Shown here: positions 39,101 to 49,625 of the stretch, in pieces
How the letters are laid out: each line of letters begins with the position of its first letter
How positions within the stretch are numbered: position 1 is the first letter of the stretch
Assembly: GCA_023213395.1 (NCBI GenBank)
Contig: CM041465.1
Span: 194,377,741 to 194,441,740 of the forward strand
Direction of reading: 5' to 3'
Length of the DNA: 64,000 bases
Source: Cycas panzhihuaensis
Taxonomy: Eukaryota; Plantae; Cycadophyta
The notes under the pieces: generated by a model
The model's input: the letters and a program-made list of their open reading frames with translations, nothing else
The model's database searches: none
What the model was told of the DNA's origin: nothing
Position numbers and translations under genes: made by a program

Positions 39101-42100
39101 ACAATGATAGCCACCGATATCACACACGAGGAGGCATGGACGGTAAGAAGCCAACTATCACCATTTGAGGACATTCGATTGTCTGCGTATATGCACATAC
39201 GGATCAACAAAGAACAAAGTTGGACAAACATAGCCTTAAATGCATCTTTGTAGGATATGCAATCCATAGCAAAGCCTACAAGTTGTATGATCCTGTTGGG
39301 AGAAAAATGCATCTCTCAAGAGATGTAATCTTTGTTGAGGATGATCAAAAAGAGTTGAATATGGCATCAATCCAACCCCCATTGACAAAGGTAAAAGATT
39401 GTTGAGGACTTCCTTCCTCTCAATCTTATAAACCATGTTCTTCATCCGCACCTCTGTACCATCTACTTCATCTTCATCTCGCCCACTTGAACCTTCCACT
39501 TCATCTTCTGTTGATCCTTCACTTAGACCAGAAGATATTGAGGTTCATGCCACGTCATTTCAGAAGTTACCTAAGTGGTACACTCAAACGGTACAAGATG
39601 GTCATGTCATTGAAGGGAAATGTCCATCAAAGTATAGGCAGCAAACAAACTTTGCACTTATGGCTGAAGTGCTTTCTATTGATGAGCCTACTACTTTTGC
39701 AGAGGCTTCACAAAGTGATAGTTGGAAAGCTGCCATAGATGAGGAGATTCACTCCATTCACAAGAATGGTACTTGGGATTTGGTCGAATTGCCTCCACAC
39801 AAACAGGCAATTAGTTGTAAATGGGTCTACAAAACCAAATTTCATTCTGATGGGACACTCAAGCGTCAGAAGGCAAAACTTGTAGCAAAGGGGTTCAAAC
39901 AAAAGGAAGGAATTGATTATGAGGAGACCTTTGCACCTATAGCAAACATGAACACCATCAGACTTCTCATGGCCTTAGCTGCACAATGCAAATGGCCCGT
40001 ATATCAGATGGACGTGAAGAGCACCTTCCTCAACGGCGATCTTCAAGAGGAGGTATACTTGGAGCAACCTCCTGGTTACAAGGAACAAGGCAAGGAGCAT
40101 TTGGTATGTACCTCAAGAAGGCTTTGTATGGTTTGAAGCAAGCTCCTAGGGCATGGTACGCAAAAATCGATGAATACTTTTTGAAACATGGGTTTCATTG
40201 ATCCACATCAGATCCTAACTTATATATCAAACATGAGCAACACCATGTCATTTATATTGCCTTGTATGTAGATGACTTAGTGATCACAGGTGATGACACT
40301 AAGCTCATCAATGTTCTCCAGGATGATTTGAAGAGAAGTTTCGAGATGACTGATCTTGGACTTCTCCATTATTTTCTAGGCTTTGAGGTATGGCAGTAGC
40401 CAGGCTATATCTTCATTTCCCAAGCAAAATATTCTTGGGACATCTTGCAGAGATTCAAGATGCATGACTGCAAGACGGCGCCTATGCCCATGGAGAACGG
40501 CACCAAGCTTTCTCTTAATGAGGAAGCTGAACCAACAGATCCCACTCTTTATCGACAGTTGATTGGTAGCTTGATATATCTCACCAACACTCGTCCAGAC
40601 ATCTCATTTGCAGTTGGGATTTGCTCTCGTTTCATGTCTCAACCCAATCAGAAGCATTGAAAGAAAGAAATGCATACTCAAGTACATAAGAGGTACATTG
40701 CAGCTTGGACTTGAGTATGTACATAATGAGAACTTCACTTTGGAGGGGTTTTCTGATTCTGATTGGGCAGGATGCCAGGATAGCAGGAAGTCAACCTTGG
40801 GTTACTGTTTTACCCTTGGTTCGTGATTGTTTCATGGGGTTGCAAGAAGCAACCAAATGTTACCTTGTCCTCCAGGCAGTAGTACAAAGCTGCGGTCATG
40901 ACTTGTGAGGCTATCTGGCTTCGACGGATTCTTGGTGAGCTTGGATTTCAGCAGCAGCAGCTGACCAGCATTCATTGTGACAATCAGAGTGTCCTCAAGC
41001 TAACTAAGAATCCTGTCTTCCATGCACGGACCAAACATATTGAAGTTCACCACCATTTCATCAGGGAGCACGTACATAGTGGTGAGATCACTCTTCAATA
41101 TCGACCAACCAATGAGCCAGGCAGATATCTTTACCAAGCCACTTGGTAGAGACAAATGTGTAAAATTTAGAGATGGTCTAGGGGTCTAACTTAACATTAT
41201 AAACAATAAGGGGGGGTGTTAAACCTCATGGTTTACCTTATGTTTATAATGTTAAGCTAATGTACTTCCTATTTTTGTATTATGTGTGCACTTTAATGCT
41301 CATGTGCACTTTTGTACTTTAGGTGTGACTTTATCACTTAAGTGATAAAGTACACACTGCATTATGACTAGTGACACAATGTTGTCACTTATGTAACTTG
41401 AGGGTCAAATGACCCCATTGCATTTTTGCTCACACAAAGAGCCTCCAAAGGGACACATGTCAATCATCCAAGGCATGTATCTTGGATGTTTGACACTTGT
41501 CAAACATCCAAAGCCTTAGGTCTCTCATCTCATTCTATATAATGAGACCTATTCCTCATTGTTGCTCATTCAAGAGTTGGAGCTCATTGTCATTCTATCA
41601 GTTTGCTAATCAAGCTGAAGGCATTATTTGGTTGTTGGACAAATTCCAACACCTCATCTTGGGTATTATGTTCTTGCTCTAAATTCTCCTCGAGGCTTTT
41701 GAATTCCTTTGAATTCTTTCTAGTTCTTTGTTACATTTGCTTAATGCATTTATGGTATTGTGCTTTCATTAAAGATTTTGGGACTAATGTGGCTTAATGC
41801 CCATTCTAACAGATTTCACTCGAAAAGTCTGGGTGTACTTCCTTCACAACAAAACAGAAGTATTTGAAATCTTCAAAGAGTTCAAAGCAGAAGTGGAACT
41901 TGAATCAAACTCTCAAATAAAATGTATAAGGTTAGATGGAGGAGGAGAATATATCTCCAATGAATTCCTGTCATACTGCAAAAGGAATGGGATTCAGAGA
42001 TAGGTCACCACACCTTATACTCCACAATCAAATGGAGTTGTTGAAAGGAAAAACAAAACATTGATGGAAATGGCTCGTAGCATGATACATGAAAAATAGG

Positions 42101-44403
42101 TTCCAAAATCCTTTTGGGCAAAAGCAGTAAACACAGCATGATATCTTATAAATAGGAGCACCACCAAAGCACTGGACAATATTACTCTAGAAGAAGCATG
42201 GACAGGTAAGAAACCTGAAGTCAGCTCTCTCAAGGTTTCTGGCAGTTGAGCCTATGTGCACATACCAGACAAAAAGAGGGCAAAAGTTGATGCAAAAAGC
42301 ATAGAATGCATTATGATAGGATACAGCAAGAATTCAAAGGCTTATAAATGCATTGACCCAAAAACAAACAAAATATATGTTAGCAGAGACGTAGTATTTG
42401 ATGAAGAAATTTTAGATGCGCAATCACAAATTAAACTACTTGAAGAAGAAACAAAGAACTTCAATGAAGGAAATATCATAGAAGAATTCTTAGACATCAC
42501 TACAGAAGAAATTTGCCCAACTCACCCAGCGATAATTCCAGTGAAGAAAGGGATACAATACAAGAAGTTGAATCTCACTTAGAAGAAAGAGATAACTCGA
42601 GAAATGAAAAGAAATTGCCCAAATGGTTCCTCAAAACCATTGAAGAAGGAGAAAACATCCTGGATGACAAAACTAGAGGACAAAGACCAATAGCCTTACT
42701 CAGTAGGATTGAACTTGAGCCACAATCCTTTCAAGAAGCCCAAGACCAACCACAATGAATAATAGCAATGGATGTCGAAATGAACTCAATTGACAAAAAC
42801 CAGACTTGGGATCTGGTGGAACTTTCCCCAGGTAAACCTGTAGTCAATTGCAGGTGGGTTTATAAAATCAAAGAAGGAGCAACTGGAAAAATTGAAAAAT
42901 ACAAAGCTCGACTCGTAGCTAAGGGATACACTCAAACAGCAGGAATTGACTTTGAAGAAACTTTCTCACCTGTAGCCAAGTTGAATACGGTCAGAACAAT
43001 AATAGCCCTCACAACTTTGCTCGACTAGAAACTTTTCCAACTTGATGTAAAAAGCGCATTCTTAAACAGGGATCTTGAAAAAGATGTATATATGACACAG
43101 CCAGAAGGCTACATAAAGAAAGGGCTGAACATCTAGTATGTAAGTTGAAAAAGGCATTGTATGGACTAAAGCAAGCTCCCCGAACATGGTATGTTAAGCT
43201 AGATCAACACTTATGTGCCAATGGCTTTCAACGCTATGTTGATTCGGTTTGTATACCAAGAAAATAGGTGATCAAATTACAATAATTGTTGTATATGCAG
43301 ATGACATGATATTGACTAGGAACGATGATACATCAATCATAGAAATAAAAGAGCAGTTGCAAATGAAATTTGAAATGACATATCTTGGTCCTCTTAATTA
43401 TTATCTATGGTTGGAAGTGAATCAACAAAGAGAATATATCTCTGTCTCACAAAGAAAATACATACGGGATATACTGAAAAAATTTGGAATGGCAAAATGC
43501 AATCCATGTGCCACTCCCATGGAAATTAATTGTAACTTGGTACTAGATGAAAATGAACAGACAGTCGATGTAACTCTATACAGACAATTAGTTGGCAGCC
43601 TAATTTATCTCACAGCCACCAAACTCGATGTATCTTACTCCGTAGGAATACTTTCCAGGCATATGCAGGAACCAAGAACAAGACATTGGAAGGCAGCCTG
43701 GAAAATATTGAGATATCTGCGTGGAACAATTGAACTACAATTGGTTTACCCACGAAAAGGATCAGTAGAACTTGTTGGATACTGTGATTCAGATCAAGGT
43801 GAGATAAAAGTCAAAGAAAATCAACCAGTGGCTATTGTTTCTTTTTAGGATCAGCAGTAGTATCATGGTGCAACAAAAAACAATCAACTATCGCACTCTC
43901 ATCAACAGAAGCAGAATATAAAGCAGTAGTAATAGCGACCTATGAAGCAATTTGGCTTAGACAACTGCTGGTCGACCTGAATCATTCTCAAGTCTGTGCA
44001 ACAACAATACACTGTGACAATCAAAGCACTATCAAGTTGGCAAAAAACCCAGTGTTCCATGCAAGAACTAAGCGTATTGAAGTCCACCATCATTTTATTA
44101 GGGAAAAGGTACATAACAAGGAAGTTAGATTAGAATATTAGTCACTGGGAACGGAAAAGTTTCAATATCTGAGAGACAAGATAGGTTTAAAAGAGATAAA
44201 ACATTAAGAGAGGGTGTTAGGAGATAATGTTTTATCATGTAGTTAGTATATTTAATCATGACACATGTCATAATCTCAGAGGTTGGTTATTCACCAAGAA
44301 CTGGCCGTTACCAACCTCCTCTTGTATTTATGTGAAACATTCTCTCAATAACAAAATGTTGAGTTTTCTCTCAAACATGTCTGTCTCCTAATTCAAGTTA
44401 ACA
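33154..44403 (+). mobile_element. Full-length Ty1/copia with short 189-bp LTRs, interrupted in integrase by 35666-41811
   Basis: LTRs 33154-33342 and 44215-44403 (6 differences counted); PBS tggtatcaaagc 33343-33354; perfect TSD ATAAC; gag-PR ORF 33914..35041; integrase reads FITFIDDF|TRKVWVYFL across the nested insert; RT/RNase H 42768-44210. Confidence 0.96.
35666..41811 (+). mobile_element. Full-length Ty1/copia nested in the integrase of the 33154-44403 element
   Basis: LTRs 35666-36261 and 41217-41811 (~2% different); PBS tggtatcagag 36264-36274; PPT aagggggg; perfect TSD GATTT; gag 37093-38000, then PR, INT, RT and RNase H fragments to ~41200. Confidence 0.97.
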
Positions 44404-47303
44404 ATAACACCTTTTACAAACCTCCTAATAGTGAGTTACCCCCCCCCCAAACCAATTGAATGAGGCAACGATGATCTGCATGGCCATACCATGCTTTCAC
44501 CAATGTTCACAACACTAATAACACCTTTTCCGAACCTCTGAACCTCCCAATTTAAGTGAAATTCGATGTTTTTAATGATTAAATGAAAGTTGGAATTTGT
44601 CCAAATTAGCAAGAGTATGCTAAAGATATGTCCACAATGGCCAAAAAAATGTTAATTTTGCATGAACAATCAATGCTCCAAACTGAAATGCTACGCTTTG
44701 GGACTTCCTTCCTTAATGCAAAAAATTAATTTAAAGCACTTTGAGTCCACTTTTTAAGATGCCAAACCCATGAAAAATGGCACAATGGTCAATAAATGAC
44801 CCCCCCAACATGCTTAAAACCTTGATTTTATTGATGTAGCCCTTGGCTTTTGGCTAGTTTTGCTTAATATGCTTGTTTTTGGGACACCATGCAAGGAGCT
44901 TAATGATGTAAACATGAGAAAGAAAATAAAAATCACTTGAAGAGTAAACAACATAAAAATGGGGTGTTTTGAACACCAATGTACATGCAAAATTATTTTG
45001 ATGTGAAATGTGTGATTTTCACACCAAAAAAATACATTTCGAAGTGCTTTTTTGTGTTAAAACACAACATAAAAAGGTGATTTTTTAAAACATTAGCACG
45101 AGACTCAAAAATTAGATTAGGAATATTTGAAGAATACTCCAAAACTTATAAACCTAAGTTATAAACTTAGGCATAATGAAAATTACTTTTTTGTGAATGG
45201 CGACCGACAACAATGGATCATGGATTTCATTAAATTTTCATATGATTTTTTTCCAAAATTCTTTATCGAATTCATTTGCAAGTCTGCCAGAGGATGAGCC
45301 ATAAGCGACATAGCAAGTTCACAACATTAACAAGCGAAAGCAACGAATGGAGCAGGGAGAGCCACGTCATAGGGAGGGATGAACAGTCTGTGATAGCCCA
45401 CAGTGAAAGACAAAGCCACTGTGTAGAGCTTGATGAGTGCATTGTCCATAGCTCACAAGAGAGTAATGGAGTGAGACACCAACCATGAATACTCCACAAG
45501 GTGAAGATGCCAATCACGAATGCTCCACAAGCATGCCACAGATGAGCCACCAACAGTGGGAGCCGCACTAATAGTAGTGTTTACGCCACAATGGGAGCTA
45601 TGTTAACAGTAGTGTTTACACCACAATGAGCACCACCAACCATGAAACAGCCATGAAGGGACTGTCTAGGATCAAAACAATGACCAACTAGCCACGTAAC
45701 AATGAGCCATCCAATAGAATAAAGATCTGAAATGGAGTGACATACAATTTTTTTTCCTTTTATGAATAAAAACATCCCCAGAAAAAAAAAAAAAAAGCCC
45801 TCTAATAATATTGTTAGTCCCAATAAAATTGTGTTTCAACAAACAAAATTTTCTCCAATATCTTCAAACAAACAAGCTTAAAAAAATTTACTTTTTGAAA
45901 CTAGTAATCAAATGAGGAAAAAATTCCTCCTTTGAATCGCCTCCATTTGGCGAAGGTCATCACCAAAGAAGAATAAATATCACTCCTTTTACAAAGCCCA
46001 ACTCCTAAGTATGATACCAAATGAGAGAATGAAGATCTAGTTAGAAAACAAAAGGGAAAGAGAGATGAACAATGCTACAAGACAAATAACACACTTACAC
46101 GTTAAGCACACTAAAATGGAGGAAGTAGAATTGTTCTGCACTCTAATAATATCTAGTATTGAATCAACAACATAATAATACAGTCATCTCCCACTATGCT
46201 ATACAATTGTCAAACATGCATGGCACGTATGTACTTATATTTGACCACTCAAAAAGGGGGAAAGGGGTCTTTGACCCTTTAAATTACAACTAACTTTACA
46301 TCTCTAGAAAAAGTGCATGATACAAATTAAGTATAAAGTACATAAATAATACATGACTTAATGATCAAACATAACGGTTCTAACACTATGCATACAAATG
46401 TGCAATCCACCTCATGCCTGATCATATAACCTGCTTACAACAACCATGGCCATGGCAATCGTACAACCTACTACATAGCAAATGCACAACCTCTCAGATG
46501 CAATTATATAGCCTATGTTAAATGTAACTATATGACTTGCACCAAGGTCATACACCTTTTGCTGATGCAATTGATATTTTGAGTTAGTTTCCTAGGTCCT
46601 AAGGGGTGTTCACCCACTTTAAATATTGTCTTATAACATTGTTATACCCCTTTGTGGTGGGATTAATGTTTGTTTAGGTTGGTGGTTGATAAGTTTTATT
46701 GTTCCATTTTTCAATGAATTAAACAAATCCAATTCCCCACACATTATATTGATATGTATTTAGATTCAAGCACCTTCCGATCTGCACAAGTATACTAGAT
46801 TAAGAGGAGGAAAGAAGTTCTTCTCTCTTCATTGATTTCTTCAAGAAATGACTTACATATTTATACAATCTTGAGTTGGTTATATGTAGGACACATGCAT
46901 GTTCCATGTAGGACATGTGTCATCTGTGTAACTAATTACTAACTAGGTTCCTTAAGTATCTTTAAAATGATACTTAAAGAGTATTAAGACTAAGATTATA
47001 TATAACTATAAATAAATACTTATCATTTCCTCCCTGATTAAAAAGAAATTGGCCCAATTTCTACTGAAAACGGGAAAAATGTTCTTAGAGAGTAGCTTCT
47101 TCGTTGCCCAGTTCGTCGTTGTCGTAATGGTGTTTGTTGGACGGAGAATCTAGAATGGTACAAAGATGAGCAACAACAAGTACATCAAAGGTAAGGTGGC
47201 CCAAATCACTTGAGTTGACTGTTGCGACCAGCTTGAAAAGAACGTTGTGAAGTGAAGTTGATGTTGAATCTGCCGTGAGCATCCTATCATGATTTGTTTA
47301 TAC

Positions 47304-47751
47304 GGGGTATGCCTGCCTGTGGAGAGGGCTTATGGCAATATGCCCGTAAAAGAAAACTACAGAGTATGCCTGCCTAAGGAGAGGGCTTATGGCAATATAT
47401 ATATCTGTTGTCTGAAATAGGGTTTATCTGCCTAATGAGAGGGCTTATGACAAAAATGGTATGGAGTATGGCTGCCTAATGAGAGGGCTTATGACAAGTA
47501 TGGGGTATGTCTGCCTAATGAGAGGGCTTATGACAAGAATGGTATGGGGTATGTCTACCTAATGAGAGGGCTTATGACAAAGTGCCCCAAATTGATGTTG
47601 AAGGGAAAACATCCTTGACTGCCAATAAAGGAGTGTACAAGGCATGTCTGCCTAAAGGAGGGCTTACGACAATATGCCTGTTGTAAAACAAGTACATTTG
47701 CCAATGTTTGGGACACGCCTGCCTAGAGAGAGGGCTTATGGCAATGTGCCC
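47304..47751. repeat. Eight ~35-bp direct repeats separated by variable spacers
   Basis: Consensus ggggtatg(c/t)ctgcctaa(t/g)gagagggcttatg(a/g)caa; spacers about 4-58 bp. Confidence 0.92.
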
Positions 47752-48319
47752 TAGAATGGATGTAGTATATCCTTGAGTAGGTCTCCAAATGTAGACCAAC
47801 TTCAGTTTGTGATTGACTAAGTGTTGTCCCTGATCAAGAAGTAACGCATGAGAAAGAACTCCATGAGAAGCACCTTTAACTGCCAATTACGTGCTGTAGC
47901 ATTTGACCTTTATGTTGTTGATTAGTGTTTGCATCAATCTTTTCCTGTTTCATAAGAATTGACGATGATATCCCTATGCTTACAGCTTGATCTTTGTCCA
48001 GTACTGTTGACCAGATAACCTGTTGTTGTAGTACTGTTGATTGGCCAGATAGATGAGAAGCAGCTCCACTTTGCAATCTCGTCATTCATTCTTCATCTTC
48101 ATGTCTCTTAGATTGTGCTATAGTCTTACCAAACAAAACTACACTGCTTCAAGGACATTAGAAAGACTTCCAGCATTTGAACAGAAAGACTAATGATTGA
48201 CCCACATTTCCAGAAAATGTTCTTATTTGCTAATCAAGGCTAATAACATTATCTTGGGTAAGTATGGGTCGTATCATTGAGATCCTTCCACTGCTATCAT
48301 TGGCATAAACAGAGGATAT

Positions 48320-48575
48320 GTTTTCCACATATAGACCAAAGAAGGCAATTAGTGGTTCAGCTATCATAAATCTTAAAATATCAAAACATTCTAGCTTTTT
48401 GTGCCTGATAGTGGTACCATTTATTATAGTATGCCAAACTTCATCTTTCAAAACATCTAGATGATATCGACTCACTCTCTGTCCAAGGTGGATTGCTTCT
48501 TGAATTTGTACCACATTGAAGGATACACATTCTCTCAAATAGTGTCCAATTGCTCTCATCTTGAGGGAGGCCACT
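48320..48575 (-). pseudogene. Captured fragment: C-terminal domain of a GH29 alpha-L-fucosidase (FUC1-like)
   Basis: PQDESNWTLF..VSFNVVQIQEAIHLGQRVSRYHLDVLKDEVWHTIINGTTIRHKKL..F..EPLIAFFGLY matches the plant FUC1 motif VSFNVLEIREPIHMGQRI...GTTVGNKRLLRF...DPLISYLGLY. Confidence 0.85.
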
Positions 48576-49034
48576 CAAATCTGTTCCTCGACAATGCAGG
48601 CAATCCAGGAGCAAGGGAAGGCATATCTGTTACTGCAACAAATGCATGGCTGACAATAGTGCCTCTGTTAGAAGAATTTGATGCAGATGAGTAATCTTCT
48701 TTTATATTAGCACTGCCCCCAGGCTATTCATTCTTAGCATTGTTTTCAGATTAAATGCCATGGATGTGGCTGTCTAATTCCGATCCACACTGTGAATTGA
48801 GGGTGGCATTGGAAGATCCAGTTCTATTTGCCTCTAAGGACAAATCGGCAAGAGCAACAGATGAATTCTCAGACTGCACAATTCCCTCAACTGTACTGAT
48901 CTTCCCACCAATGTTTTCAAAGGTGCTAGATGAAGGCCGTCTCTTGCATCTGGAGGGAGGTTGCTTAATGCAATACGTGGGAATCCATTTAGACGACTAA
49001 ATGTATAATGAGGACCAGAAGATGAATAAGGTGA

Positions 49035-49243
49035 AGCCCAGGTGTAACAACCACCGTCTCACTACCAACAAATGCAGGCTTGTAAATCTGTAAATGTTGT
49101 CCAAGATTTGGATCTGTGTGGCCCTGAAACTTGTGAAGAGGCTATCCAGGGCTTCTAATATCATAAACAAAGCAAATCAGGGTCTGCTTGCTGATAAAAG
49201 CAAAAAGTCATGAGATGGACTCCACTCTACAACATTGATGCTA
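49035..49243 (-). pseudogene. Captured fragment: WD40-repeat protein
   Basis: INVVEWSPSHDFLLLSASxDPDLLVYDIRSPGxPLHKFQGHT...QIYKPAFVGSETVVVTPG shows a canonical WD40 blade pattern. Confidence 0.8.
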
Positions 49244-49244
49244 G

Positions 49245-49625
49245 TTATAAAAATGAAGATTGGTATGCAGAAGGAGGAGGAAGATCACTGCCAAAATTAT
49301 AGCTATCATAATTGGTTGATACATTGTAAGTCCCAACTCCTGTCAAAGAAGACTGCAAATTTTCTTATGGATACAAGTGAGATTCTTGACAGAGAAATTG
49401 GACTCTTGCTTCCAAGGCTGAACCATAAATGCCTTGGCTTGCCCTGTCCTAAGTGCCCTGGCTAGGTAAACTGTAAGAGACAACACCAGCAACTGAAGCA
49501 GGATACTGTCCTCTATCTGCAGGCCAAAAGAAGCTCATTTGAGCAGCACCACCATCAGCACGAAGACGTTTAGGTTGCTGAGATTTAACAACAACTGCAG
49601 ATCCTTTCCTGTTTGCTAATTGTTC
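49245..49625 (-). pseudogene. Captured fragment: C-terminus of a FRIGIDA-like protein
   Basis: Across frameshifts it reads RKGSAVVVKSQQPKRLRADGG...ADRGQYPASVAGVVSYSLPSQGTxDRASQGIYGS..GSKSPISLSR.HLYPxENLQSSLTGVGTYNVSTNYDSYNFGSDLPPPSAYQSSFL*, resembling the basic KR motif plus Y/S/P-rich tail of FRIGIDA-like proteins. Confidence 0.7.

Larger units (their letters stand above)
31537..46385 (-). mobile_element. Older Ty1/copia 5' half (LTR 46022-46385, PBS ~46012-46019, leader, gag/PR 32881-31550) hosting the 33154-44403 insertion
   Basis: ORFs 32576..32881, 32288..32551 and 31642..31860 encode gag and protease; tgatacca then tgagag...ttctaaca LTR; leader interrupted at the ATAAC TSD. Confidence 0.65.

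Noticed and set aside
46750-47025. Retrozyme (hammerhead ribozyme in the LTRs of a non-autonomous element)
   Set aside because: No CUGANGA...GAAA hammerhead core with suitable stems was recognised in the LTR on either strand.
47304-47751. CRISPR array
   Set aside because: Spacer lengths vary from about 4 to 58 bp, the repeats are degenerate, there are no cas genes, and the array lies inside a plant LTR element.
47304-47751. miR399 target-mimic array (tgcctaaggagag resembles the miR399 5' half tgccaaaggagag)
   Set aside because: Only one copy reaches 12/13 identity, most have two mismatches, and the 3' half cannot pair; probably coincidental.
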